Of a stretch of DNA of 64,000 nucleotides, positions 23,783 through 37,600 are shown one piece after another. This DNA comes from Intoshia linei (Eukaryota; Animalia; Orthonectida). The notes below the pieces were generated by a model. The model ran no database searches, was not told where the DNA came from, and saw only the letters and a program-made list of their open reading frames with translations. Each line of letters starts with the position of its first letter. Positions within the stretch are counted from its first letter, which is position 1. Both the position numbers and the translations under genes were made by a program. The DNA is taken from positions 1 to 64,000 of the forward strand of contig LWCA01000018.1 of assembly GCA_001642005.1 (NCBI GenBank). Reading direction: 5' to 3'.

Positions 23783-26700
23783 ATGGCTTTACACATACCG
23801 AAGCAAGGGCTTTCAGACATGATGAAGGGAGGAGTAAAAGTAATTAAATATGAATAAACTCATTAGTATGATTAAAACACGCTTTAACAATCAAATGCAA
23901 CTAAAATGGTGTATTCACGAGTTCAAATTAATCCTGTAGCACGTGAAGTTGCCCTTGGCTTGAATTCTCGTAAATTATGGAAATTGTCATATGAAAATGA
24001 CTGACTTACCGTCTATTAAATTTTTTTATATATCAACTGTTCCATTAAGTTAATTGTAAAGATTTGCAGTGGGAACATTTTAATAACCAAAATACATTTT
24101 AATTTGAAAATTTTCAACATGAAATCCCACCTTACCTTAATGACTTGTATATTAGCTTGATTACGGCTATCATTTTGGGAATAATTATAAAGTATGTGGG
24201 TGTAAAATATTTTTTATTTTGATTTTTTATATGTAAATTAAATTACTATTTTTTCAGCATTTTAAAGGAACGGAAGAAGCTATATATAGAAATGTCGAAA
24301 TTTCAAATATTTTATCAGATTCCATGAAATCAGCGTTTGGTCCTTATGGTATGATATTTTGATAATTGAATTATAAATTCTAGGAAGAAACAAGATAATA
24401 ATAAACCACCTTGGAAAAATGTTTTTAACTAGTGATGTTGGCAGTATGCTAAACGAAATGGAGGTTAATTAAAAATGAAATGTAATATAATATAATTAGG
24501 TAGAGAACCCTATAGCAAAACTATTGGTCATGGCTTCAAAGCAACAGGAACAGGAATGCGGTGATGGTACAAACTCTGTCATTATTTTTAGTGGTACACT
24601 TTTGAGAAATTGCGCTGATTTAGTTAAATCTGTAATTTTATTTATATTTACATTATTTTTAATTTATTTTAGGGTTTGTCCATTAAAGACGTATGTAAAG
24701 GTTTGGAAATTTCTTTGGAACGATCAAAACTTATTCTATCAAGTAATTTAATTTGATTAAACCAATTTCTTATTATATGTAACCTTTTTGAATTTTATTT
24801 GATTCTGATATTTAGATATTCCAGGCATGGTTATAGAGTCTGTTTTTGATAAATCAATAATGAATGTAGTTAAATCAGCGATAATTAGTAAAAATGTAGC
24901 TAATTGTACTCTGTTTACTAACCTCGTAGTTAGTGCGTGCCGTAATTTTATTTTAAATTACATTTATACGTTTTTAGGTGATATTTACAACGACAATAAC
25001 GTTAATACCGATCATGTGCGTGTGGTCAAATTACTTGTATATTTTTGTTATTATATGGTTCCAATTTTTAATGTAGGGTAATACGTTGTCGGCTTCTACC
25101 TTAGTAAGGGGGCTTGCTGTTAAGGGTGAATGTTTGTCTAAAATTAACAAAATTTCTGATAAAAACATTGCTGTATTTTCTTGTCCATTGGATCTTTTGA
25201 AAACCGAAACCAAGGTTTAAAATTTAAACCAATAAAAAATAGACAATTTAAACTTTCATTTAGGGGACTGTTCTATTTGAATCTAGTAAAGAATTGATGG
25301 ATTACAGTAAGGGCGAAGAAGATATGGTTGAAAAGGTTAGTTAATATTTTTATTGATATTTATTTTAATTTAAGCGTATGAAAGCAATTTATGACGCCGG
25401 AGTTGAGTGTCTTGTTGTAGGTGGTAAAGTTGGGGATTTAGCATTGCAGTATGCGGATAGTTTAGGAATGATGGTTGTTAGAGTTAGTTCAAAATGGGAT
25501 ATCCGTAGAATTGCTTATATTACTGGAGCCACTCCAATTCCTAAAATTGTACGTACCATAAACGTTTATTTACTTAATATCGATTAGGCCATTCCTACCC
25601 CTCAAGAATTTGGAAGTGTTAAGAAGGCTTATACCTCATCTCAAAATCTTATTGTTTTTGATCAATGTAATTGCATATCGTTTATTTATTTTTTTCATCT
25701 GGATTTACATTTTTATACGAATTGCGAAATGCATTTTATTTCCATTTGTATCAACCTTTAGACTTAGTTTGGAGGATCTCAGGTAATTGAGGTCTCCAAA
25801 TTATATTTTTTCTAATAATTAGATTTATAGTGGAATCAAGTACGAATATGACAACTATTGCAGTTCATGGGTCTACTATGGCCGCTATTGACGATGCTGA
25901 AAGAGCAATTGATGATGGTGTTAATACTTTTAAAATATTGACCAGGGTAAACAAATTACTATGTGACTTATCTTTATGCACACGTTTAGAACGGAAAGGT
26001 GGTACCTGGAGCTGGATCAACTGAAATTGAAATGGCTATGAAATTAAGAGAAAGTATTTGCGTATATCTATTTTTTATATTTTTATTTATTTTTTAAAAT
26101 AGAAAGAGGATGGTGTTTATCAATATGTTATCGAAAAATTTGCCGAATCGCTCGAAATATTTCCAGTTACTCTTGCTGAGAATAGTGGAGGAAATGTTTT
26201 ATACTTTGTGGCTATTTTATATTATAATTAGGGTGTCACCATGTTGGAAAATTTGTATGTTGAGCATGCCAATGGAAATAAAAAGGCTGGAGTCATATTG
26301 AAGGTATAGTATTTTTCGTTGCCAATAGTAACTTTATTCATATTAATAATGTAACAATTATATGCTTCATATACAGTAGTTGGAAAATTTTTATATCAGT
26401 GGTTCCTAAAGCGATCCACATGGTGGCCACAGGAAATTATAGGTGGTCCTCGAGAATAATTTTGAATAAAATGAAGATAAATTTATTAACAATAATATTA
26501 TTCACGATCGATCATTTATTATGATTGGTGAACGTTAACATCATTTTATCAAAATGAAGTGAAAATTTACTGAACAACATAAATAATTTTCACGTGCGTT
26601 AAATTTAATCTATGTAACGATTTAACTTAGTTTGATAGTATTTTCAAGAACCTAATCTAGCAAGCTCGTAGTCACTCTTAAAATGAAAAATAGCCCTTTA

Positions 26701-27851
26701 AAAAATTTGTAAACGAATTATAATGTCAATAAATTTAACCACCTCTCTAAGACTCTTGAGTTGACATTATAATTTAACACACAAATTAGTTGATATTCAA
26801 GAATTTTTGTCATGCTCAATTTAGTAAATTAAAACCATTATTTTAAAAAAAATTTTGTCGAGATGCCTCGGTAGAAGGATCTCGGGTAGGGTAGTTTGCC
26901 ATAAGTATGTTTGAAAGTAATTATTTTTTGAATTACGCTTTTGAAGCTACTATGTCAAAATTAATGTAAAATTTTCGATTTAAGGAGGAATGTATATTAA
27001 AAAAATATAAATATTACCTTAGTAACGTATTCATGATTAAGGGATTTTTTGTGGTCTATGGTAGAAAAAGTTTGGGAACCACTGGTCTAAATTAAATTCA
27101 AATTTTACCACGCATAGTTTTAATAGATATTATATTTTTGTGGGTTTTAACAGAGCTGTTTTAAGGTATGGGCTGTAGCCCAGGTCCCGTCATTAAAAAA
27201 GGCCCCAAGTTAATAAAAGTACTTTACAGATATATCTTAAAAAGAGGGCCCAATTTATTTAAAAAATACTTCACATTGATATCTTAAGAATCAGTTTATA
27301 AGTTTTGAAGTGTGGGAATTCAAATAGCTAGAAAGAAAATAGTTTAAAGAATGAAAGTTCTGGTAATTATTCAATTTAAAATATAATGCTTTTATTAATA
27401 CTTAATAAAATAATACTCTAAGTCTCCAGCAACAATATGCCCTGTGTTTTAAACAGAGGTCTTAAATTTTTTTATATCGCTTGTGCGAAATTTTAAAGGG
27501 CTCCGCTTTTTTGCTTAGCCCAGGGCCACGAAGTTGCTTAAGACGGCTAAGGGTTTTAACGGTTATTAACAACCCTAGTATTACGATATAATTTAATTTT
27601 CGTGTAAAATCAAAAATGTGAATTAAGTATGATTTAGGACTGCGAAGAAACTGAAGCATGGGATAGTTCTCTTTCGAAGCATTGGATGCTACATTTTGCA
27701 ACACAGTGTGTTTTATCTATTTTAAGAGTCGATGAAGTAATTTTATTTACTTTTAAATTTATTTTTATTAATGTTCATATTTTAGATTATAATGGCCAAG
27801 AGAGCTGGAGGACCTAAACCAAAAACTAATCCAAATTGGGATGAAGATTAA
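23783..27851 (+). CDS. CCT8: T-complex protein 1 subunit theta, 17 exons
   Basis: MALHIPK, EEAIYRN, QEQECGDGTN, TETKGTVL, SKWDIRR, ERAIDDGVNTFK, VPGAGSTEIE, AKRAGGPKP..NWDED; all introns GT-AG, mostly 35-49 nt. Confidence 0.97.
23917..24080 (+). ncRNA. Candidate intronic H/ACA-like RNA in CCT8 intron 1
   Basis: About 20-bp interrupted hairpin 23917-23971, ANANNA 23972-23977, further stems, ACA 24075-24077. Confidence 0.3.
26397..27084. mobile_element. hAT non-autonomous element in CCT8 intron 15
   Basis: TIRs CAGTGGTTCCTAAA / TTTGGGAACCACTG; TSD degenerate. Confidence 0.75.
27151..27551. mobile_element. hAT MITE with GGGCCC/GCCCAGG subterminal motifs
   Basis: Ends CAGAGCTGTTTTAAG / CTTAAGACGGCTAAG; perfect TSD GGTTTTAA. 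Confidence 0.8.
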
Positions 27852-28118
27852 ATTTTTTATTCTTACTTTATTCAATTCTTCACAATTACATGTGTTTTTA
27901 TGCGTTATTTCGTAATTTGTATTATCAATGTTTTTCTTATCATAATCAACCTTTGCATACAAACTCTATATCTATTAATATATGTAGGTGTAATTAACTT
28001 ATTTGTATCGATAATAACAAATTATAATTCAAGTTAGCGAGATATCACTAAATTAGAAATGCAGTTGATTCTAAAGAAAACTAAAAATTAAAATTGTAAA
28101 ACAATCAAATAATAGCTA

Positions 28119-29151
28119 CTGTCTTTTCTCGATTAGAAGAAGTCTTCTTATATTCGAGAGTAGAAGATTGCTTGAAGAAGGAAAATTGCTTATAATCAAA
28201 AACAGGACAAACCTTGAAAAATTTAAAAAATACACTAAAAGTTTGCTTTTATAGTTTAAGAAATCGTTAGATTTGTATTAAATTACTTATTGGGGTTTTT
28301 TCAAAATCTATTTGTGTGAGATAAAACTTATCAATTAAATAAATAACAATAGTATTAATTTTTGTTTAGTTAGTATTTCTGTTGATTATTAATAATGAAA
28401 TTACTAATACTAAAGAAAATGTACATTGAAAATAATAAAAACACGTCTGAATTACCTTATCTCAATGAATTTTTTGTTGCTAAAAAAAATTTAAAATTCA
28501 GATTACTTTCAACGAATTGCATAAACAACATATTGTATACTGTGAAAGCAAAACTTCTAAATTAAACATTCTATTGTATGAAGGAATTATTTTTTAAAGA
28601 GAATATTCTTAAACCCAACTATTTTTACTAAAAATCTACTTTTACAAACCCCTAAGGAAAAATCCCACTTTTACCAACATCTAATGAAAAATTCGGTTTT
28701 AAAAGCCCTTTAGGGAAAGATCCACATTTACAAATCCCACTTTTACCAACTTTTAATTGAAAAATTCGGTTTTAAAAGACTTAAAGAAAATTACCGTTTT
28801 ACCAACCTTTAAGAGAAAGATTCACATTTACAAACCCTTAAGGAAAAATTCCAATTTTACCAACCCTTATGGGAAAACCCACTTTTACCAACCTTTAATG
28901 AAAAATTCCACTTTTACCAACCTTTAAGGGAAAAATCCCAATTTTACTTTTGATATTTTTGATTTTTAGTAAAAATGATTGGATTTAAGTAGATACCCTT
29001 TGTTAAAAATAAATTGATATGTTGTCTATTTTTTGTTTAAAGTTTTTTCTTTCGAAACCAAGATGAAACTTCTTATATTCAAATTTTATTTAGTTAAAAA
29101 TTTCACTGAAATTTGTATTTCAGGGGTCTGCTTATAATCGAGAAAAGACAG
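28119..29151. mobile_element. pogo/Tigger-type non-autonomous element
   Basis: TA|CTGTCTTTTCTCGATTA...TAATCGAGAAAAGACAG|TA. Confidence 0.85.
28598..28999. mobile_element. TIR element enclosing a ~29-bp minisatellite (about 11 copies), nested in the pogo element; relative at 20569-21011
   Basis: About 40-bp imperfect TIR ..CTTAAA(C/T)CCAA..ATTTTTACTAAAAATC; repeat unit approx. AAAATCCCACTTTTACCAACCCTTAAGGG. Confidence 0.75.
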
Positions 29152-29947
29152 TAGTAATATAATCATCAAATGATAGTAACTAAAGATTATTTTCTGGGTA
29201 ATAGGAGAGAAGAAATATGTGATTTTATTACGAGTCATTAGTTCTCAGCATAGAAAAATATAGATACAGTCAATTTTCCAGATATGAACATTATTTTTTG
29301 ATTTGAATAAAAATTGAAAATATCATTGAGAAAAATAGTTCAAGTTGAACACAAAATACAAGAAATAATTATCATAAAGAAAAAAAATTAAATTTTAGAA
29401 TATTAAAACACCCAAAGAAATCCTACAGATAAATATAAAGTGGCAGTTGGTATAGTTTAAATTCTTAAACATGGTATAGAACAGGGTTTCTTAACCTTTT
29501 TTAAATTGAGCACCCCCGTTATCCAGATCAATTATTTCTAGACCCTTTTAACAATATAAAATGACACTTTAAAATTCAACTTAAAAATCGTATTTTATTG
29601 AGATTTAAATAATTACTAGAAATGAAATATTTTCTAATAAAGAAAGTTGGGTACATATTTAGTAATATTTTCAAATATTAAATCAACAAATATAAATTGA
29701 TAAAAAATTAATTTATATGGTTTTATTTGCACATTCAACGACTTGCCCATGAAATGTGTACAATGTACATTTCACAGTTATACACATTCAATGCAACATA
29801 CATAACTTGAAAAAAAATTAATAAAATTAAATTTAGAATGATGTAAGTTAAAGTAAATACTCAATTGTTATGTAAATTTCCAACATTTATTATAAGCAAG
29901 TAGTTTTCACCACATTAAAAACTCATCATTTAATATTAACATTGAAA

Positions 29948-30601
29948 ATGAAATTGATAAAATTCCTAATACTTTCAACTCTGCTAGCTACATCAATCAA
30001 TGGAACATATATTTATGCAATAGAATCAAACACATACGTATCTCATCTTGTACATTTAATGAATTTATCATACGATGATTTAAAATTTGAATTAATCCAT
30101 GAATTTAGTGGAAATAAATGCAATGCTATGGCACTAATTTACCTTATGGTACCTTCGATCGTATACGTCTTCATTTTTGGAATAATTATGACCATTAACC
30201 CTAAATTTACTATTGAGTTTTACAAATTGCGTAGAAGTCTGTATATAATATTTAATCTCGTATTGAAAGCTATAATACCGCTTGTATACATTTTTGCAAA
30301 CTTTTCACATTTGTTTTATAAAGATGGTATTAAGGAATATAAAATGGAACATTTAAACGAAATAGGCGATTTGTTTTTAAAGACGTTTAAAATTAATTTG
30401 ATAAATTATATTGTAATGGAAAAATTCTTAGATATCCCTAATTTATTTATTGCGACTATTGCCGGTGTGGCATTCAATGTTTGGACAACTACACTTTATG
30501 CATACATTTTAAAAAAGAGTAGAGACATTATCAAAATCAAATACATGAATATGGATTTTATTCAAATAATTCATGTCAGTCAAAATGCAATTTGCAAGTA
30601 A
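29948..30601 (+). CDS. Intronless orphan ORF: signal peptide plus about 3 transmembrane helices
   Basis: 217 codons from ATG 29948; hydrophobic N-terminus MKLIKFLILSTLLATSING; three hydrophobic segments; AATAAA at ~30636. Confidence 0.65.
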   Translation: MKLIKFLILSTLLATSINGTYIYAIESNTYVSHLVHLMNLSYDDLKFELIHEFSGNKCNAMALIYLMVPSIVYVFIFGIIMTINPKFTIEFYKLRRSLYIIFNLVLKAIIPLVYIFANFSHLFYKDGIKEYKMEHLNEIGDLFLKTFKINLINYIVMEKFLDIPNLFIATIAGVAFNVWTTTLYAYILKKSRDIIKIKYMNMDFIQIIHVSQNAICK

Positions 30602-31636
30602 TGTTTGGGTTGTTGATTTAATATTTGAAAATATTAATAAATATTTACCCAACTTGCTTTATTAGAAAATAAGTTAAGAAATTATTTAATTTCTAGTAAT
30701 TATTTCAATCATTTTAATTTATTTATATTTACACGAGTTTACTGGTGTAACTCAAACTAGGTGCATACTTTTCCACCGGCTAATTATAATACCAACAAAA
30801 TGGAATTTTGTGTGAATGTAAAATGTTTCCGAAAAATTGGTGTCAAGTGAGTCATTCGCCTACATTGAAAGCAACTCTGTTTAACCTTACGCGTCATTTA
30901 CGCGTCATCAATGTATTTTTACTTTCAGCAGCCAATAGAGTGCAAAGATTGGATACGTTCATTAGTAAAAATAGTCACTATATTTTGAAGAAATAACTGT
31001 TTTTAATCATCGATTTTGTTAATTAATCATATTAATGTTTTGATCAAATTTTTATGTTTTTTTACAATTTTTTAAATATTTTGAAGATAATTTTAAGTTG
31101 AAAATCACTGATCACTGCTCAGTTGTATATTTTGCATAGTAGAATAATATTCATTACGTATTACAGTAGTACAATAGCATTGTAAATTATACAATGTATA
31201 ATATATCGTACATGTGATCTAGTGTCAATTTGGCCAAATATGGGTTACCAAATATGATCATTAATCAAGCTACTTTAAATTCAAACTAAATTTTAGAATG
31301 GATAATTTAACTTCCTAAATACATAATAAAAAACAATAAAAAAGCGGCTAGTATTGTTGTAATATCAACGTTAGAATAATTAGTCTGAATATTGAAAAAT
31401 AATACAATAAAATAAAATTTTAAATCAATTGTTGGAATTTTCGCTTCTTCATTGTAAATACACTGATTGTAATTAAAGTAATTGTAATTGTACTGAATAA
31501 TAATGTACACCGGTGTTATTGGATTTAAAAATAAATACATACCTATTAATATAAAATATAATAAATAAATATAACAACAAGTGAAAATAACCGTTGAATC
31601 ATGTTTTATAATAATTTTGAAGATTAAACGTTTAAA

Positions 31637-34600
31637 ATGTCAAGCCAAGCATCATATAACAAGTCAGATCCTAGTCAATTTGATAATATCTGTGCAAATT
31701 TATTAAATTCATATACCAATGTTCAAATTGCTCTTGATAATGTATATAAAATAATAAAAGTAGTGTGTAATAATGTACTTAGATTTCAAATATTAAGACA
31801 GAGTTAATCAAGAATAAATTACCATTAACGGCCCTTTCTAAATTAACCACTGGAACCTCATATCTTTATAGAAGGTAAATGTTTTAATTTTGATGAAAAA
31901 ATTTATTTATTGCATGTTTTAGTATAAGCGAACTTTCTGTACCCTGTTATGAAATTGTTCGAATTATAAAATTAAATTCACAAGCATGGGAAGACAAAAA
32001 CAAAATGATCACCCAAATGCATCAAAAATACAAAATTATACAGGGACAATTAAATGTAGCCATTCGATATTTACAACTGCAACGTATTTAATATTTTAAA
32101 AATTAAATTATAATTAACAAGGTTTGGTGGTTGAGAATAAGACTAGGATAAATTATGTCAAAATTTTAATTGACAATGTTAAGAATTAAGTAATTTATTA
32201 AGTTTTTCAGTCATATTAATCTGGATTAACATTATTATGCATGTTTTATTGGATTATAAATCAAGTCTTTACTCAAGATCAAAATTTTGTTTTTTGGAAG
32301 AAATTCTGAATGAATGAGTACATTTTTATTAAACTAATTAAATTAACTATTAATTATACATTAATTACATGTTTTTATTTTATAAAAATTGTATATAGTA
32401 CATAATTTTATAATTTATAATAAATCACTTCATTTACAAATTGTTAATTTAAAAACATAAATAACTAGCTTGCATGTTTTGTACTTTGTACAATGTATTA
32501 CCAATCCGTCAAGGAGTGGTTCCCAAACGTGTCAAGACAATTTTTATTTTTAAATTCTGGGACAATTAATTACTTCAAATGTTTCGTTTCCAAATAATAT
32601 TTTCCATAATAATTTCCAAAAAAAAAGGTATATAGTAAATTTCTTTTTTAAACATGAAGGTTTAACTTAATTTTTCATATATTTTAAATGGAAAATTTGT
32701 AATAAATGTGATCTGTATTTAAATAAATTTTCCAACTTTTTTTTTCAAATTTATATAATAATGGGCAATTTTTGGTTTTAAACATCAAGATATAAGTTTT
32801 TAAAACGGAAATTTATAATTTTTATGATTTTAAAATATTTACCAAAATGTAGATTTTACAACATACTAGGTTAATTTGATTTTTAAAAAAAGAAAGATCG
32901 TCGATAATCGAGGTTTTTTACCTGAAAAACTCAATTTCTGAAATCAATTAGCGATAAAATATAATACTCGAAAAAATTTATTAGAAATTGATGTTTTTAA
33001 AATTCTATATCTCTAACTTTTGTAAATAAACTGGAACCCTCTAAAATGTACAACAGTACAAAAAAATATAAAATCTTCTTTAAAATATTGTACAAACAAA
33101 TTTCCATAAAAACCCCCTATGAATTTGCTTCAAAACTGGATAGAACTGTATTATAGTAATTTATATTAAAATTATGTTTTTCGAACAAACAGCATCCTAG
33201 TATTCATTATAACCACATGACAGTTTTTTAAAAATAATTATGATATTGTTATTCATCTTCAATTAATTGAAATTTTTTATTTTTCATAAAGCAATTACAG
33301 TGAGGCCTTTCAATATCGCCAACTCTCAATACCGCCAATTCTCAATACCGCCACTATTTTTCAATTTTATAACAAACTTATAAGGAAAATTACCATTACC
33401 GCCATAAATATTGAAATACCACAATTGGCGGTATTGAGAGGCCTTACTGTAATTGGAAAATATTTTTTCATTTTTCAATTAATTGATTATTTTTCAATAA
33501 TTTTTACCAATTAATTGCAATTAAATTGATTGCAATCAATTAATTCCAATCCTTGATTATAAGATATTATTTAAATAAATTCTATTCATAATTCATTAAT
33601 TTAGAAACTCAGATAAAAAAAAGTGAATTAAATCATATTCATGAAAATTGGGCTAAATTATACAGTTGTTTAATGTTGAAACGTGGATTAGGACGTCGAT
33701 GGAAATTTAGAATGCAAGAGTTTAAAATGTATAAGAAAATAAGGTACGTAATTAAATATTTTGTAGTAGATATTATTAAATATTAATAGACTAATTAAAA
33801 ATTTTTAATCTAAAATGAGTAATTTAAAAATAGAAGGTTATGTAACTTTATGCCTAAAAGAAAAAATTTATAAATTATAAATTAAAATAAAAAAATGACT
33901 AAACTCACGTAACCCTAAAAATATATTTGTTGACCCCCGAATCACTACCTTTTAATTACCAAACCTGTCTAACACCATGATATTATCCAGTGGTTAACCT
34001 AAGTTTTTAACTTGTAAAGTCACCGATTTACATTTGTATTTTAAAATTGGTAGTACAATAATGCAATCCATTTTAAACTTTTTTTGAAATGTAAAAAAGA
34101 CATGTATAGATAATGATCCCATTTAATTTGATGCCGGAATGATATAAATATTTTTCATTTTTGTCCAAAAAAACCGAGTCTACATTACATAGCACAAGAT
34201 GAAAATTTACAATCTCAAAAAAAAACTTTGTTCTACGGGCTTTGAAAAAAGAGGAGACACCTAAGACACCTAAGAGGAGAGTTGGTCGTATTATTGATAA
34301 TTTCGTATTGTTGTAATAATATAATGGTATGGTTTCTTAGAAATTTGTAATTCGCGAAAATTTAATATAAAAATAATTTGGAAATACCTGGTTGAAACAT
34401 TTAATATTTTTAAATAATACAATTTAACTTCAAAAAAATAACCGGTTAGCTCTTAAAAATTTTATATGAAATAATAACAATATGTATTAAGTTAATAATT
34501 AACTAAACTTGTTATTGTCACTTGCATAGTATTACTTATGTTTGGTGATTTATTCGCATTTCATTTTTAATTTACCGTTTATGTGAAGTGAAAATGGCTT

Positions 34601-37600
34601 ACTCAAATACCTAAAGTTGATTGAAACTCGACAAGTTAATTCTGTGGAACAACTTGATAGTTATACCAGTAGTATAACTAAAATAGAAACATTTGAAGAT
34701 GAATCAATTATGGTAAATACTCCATATAAATAATGCATTACTTTAACTATTAGTCAAGTGATGGAAGTATAGTGACACCATCATATGAATCGGAACAATA
34801 TGTGGTAATATTAACTATATTAAAGTAATATTGTATACACATGTATAATTGATGAGCTATTTTCGATTTTTCGGTGGATCTCGAGCACGATAAGGTCAGT
34901 TCTGAATTAGAACTTCTGATCCATATTACACTTTTTCAATCTCACAAATTAGTTTCTTTATTTTTTGCATTATCAAATCTTTAGTCCATAAAGTGATATA
35001 GAAAATTTTTAGAGGTCTGTAGAATTTTAAGTTTAATACCACTGATAATAATAATTATAATATTAGGAAAAAATAGACGTATGCGTTGGAACAAAAATAG
35101 AAACGGCTGAAAAGGCACTACAAGTATTTAACTACAAATTTGAGAAATTTTTACACATTAAACTGTTGTATCCAGTCACAGAAGATGTTTTGGAAAAAGT
35201 AACGATAAAAATTTTTAATGAAAAGGAAATGATTGACGAAACTTCCATATCACCAAATAATGATGAAAATGATGAATCAAATAAGGATCATGACGATATC
35301 GATAAATTAAAAAATATTTATAATGAAAGGGAGAACTATTCAAAAGTTAAGTTATGCATTGATGAGTACATTAAAAACAACCAAGAAATATGTGTCTTTG
35401 AAGGTTTGAAAATGGAACTGTATGAATCGGATCAAGAGGACGTTTATGCACATATTGATATTGATTTGGATGATTTAAATTTATTGGTATTTTTAATAAT
35501 TTTAATACATACATCATATACAATGTATACTAAAATACTCCAAACTAGATAGCACGGGTTTCTATTAAAAATTTTTACAAACAGATTTCGAATTGTATAA
35601 CATTCTGGATCTGTAAACAATAAAAAAATAATTTTTCTAATAATTTTTTTTTAAAGTTTACTGCGAAAATGTATTATTAATATAAGAATCGCTCTGATAA
35701 AAAGTTTGGCTATAATTGGTATAATCCAGAGGTGGTGAAGTATTTACTGTTCGAAGGCCGCACTAATGTCTCAAAAAATTTAATAAAATACAGCAGTGCT
35801 TCTCATGGTGTGAATACGAAAATTTTAGATGATTGGGGGTGAATGATAAATATTTAGTATATTTTATTCAATTTAATAAAATCTAATGAAAAACAATATT
35901 TCTATTTGATCCCGAAAAAAAAACCTAATTTTACTAACACTTAAGAAAAAAAAATCGCTTATGTATAAAATTAACTGAAAATCCCATTTTACCAAAAATT
36001 AATATTAAATAAAAAATAATTCAAATTGTTCAGAAATTCGCACCAAATCGTCAATAAGGCCGCATGGGGCTTTAAGGTCACACTTGCCCCATTTCTGGTA
36101 TAATGTATATATTGAAAACTTGTAATATAAAATTTTTGTAGGGCTTTCCAGTTACATACACTTTACCGCATAATAGAGATGGAATGGAACCGGTTGTACC
36201 ACAATATTTTGGATTAGATGTTAATGCAATTAATGAAAATGAAATTTCAATGATTGCTCCAATAAAATTCAATCTATTATCTTCCATTTCTAATAGACCC
36301 ATCGGAAAAATTGCAATTATATTTTATTGTGAATATAGACTCATACCAGATTATTGGAACCACGAAATTGGACTATTCGGTAATTATTTTTAGTTTATAA
36401 TGTATGCAAATGTACATTGTACAATAAATATTTAAAATTATAAAAAAATCAAACTGAAAAATATTTATAAATTACCAAATTATTTCCAACTTTCAGCATT
36501 TCTCATTCCCATCAGTTTCAATGCTCAAATTAAAAACGTAATTGAAGTTTAAAAAGGTAAAATCAAAAAACCACACTTGTCTAACAATTATTTATTGTAA
36601 TACAATAATGAAATGATATGTAAAATTCACATAAATATGACCGCCAAATGTTTAAATTAAATACACAGGTAATATACATAAAATGTAAGATAGTAACTAC
36701 AATATATAAAAAAACAACACAAAAAAATGCGCCATTTCCATTCTTATCCTTATCATTGTTAAATAATTTCATAATTTGATTTGATTTAACAATTTTAAAA
36801 TTAATAGACGAACACGACGAAAGCATTACTGAGGAAGAATCAATAGATGAACAAGTTGTAGAAGAAATTGAAGAGGAGGAAACGAAACAAGTTGAAAATC
36901 AAGAGTTGCTATTATATAAAAAAAAATTTGACGAAATGGAAAATTTACACCGACAAAAAATTGAAATTTTAAAAAACGATCACAGATATGAATATAAACT
37001 AATGACTCAAGAATATGAAAGCACCATAAGTGACTTGAATAAGAAAATTACATCGATGAATAAGCAAATTAAAAAACTGGAAAAATACAAAAAGATGAAC
37101 CCGACTAAAGGACATGTACTCAAAAAGTATAAATAATATTAAAAATAATAAAATATAAAATGATAATACATGTCAATTTTAGATCAAAATCTCCCTTATT
37201 TATCTCACCTCAATTAAAAAATTCACGAAATATTAATATTCAAAATCAAATTAATGATTCCATCTATTCTAATAATGTAATTTTGAATAAATTTACATTT
37301 ATAAATTTTATTCAAACATTTATAAACGTAATTGATTTTTAGATCAATTATAAAAATGATGAGTTATTTGAAGATGTTAATCCTTTGGATGAAATTTATG
37401 TGACTCTCAAAAAAAGAAATGCTCGTAGCATTATAAATGGCGTAAATTTTATTATACTTCATATTAATTTAAAATTTTTTTTAAATTTAGTTTTTGGAAA
37501 GATTAAAAAGAAATCAAGAAAATTCTATGAAATTAAGAAATAAATATTTCCAGTCAATCAAAAAAAGTATCCGGATAGCTACAGAAAAGTCTTTGATGAA

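Noticed and set aside
28627-28946. CRISPR-like array
   Set aside because: Head-to-tail degenerate units without unique spacers, eukaryotic context, no cas genes.
33910-33918. TAACCCTAA, telomere-template-like
   Set aside because: It is part of the TIR/flank of the small element 33834-33916.
35550-35612. Possible extra exon of the 31637-39712 gene
   Set aside because: Its phase is incompatible with the next exon; the flanking exons join in frame without it.
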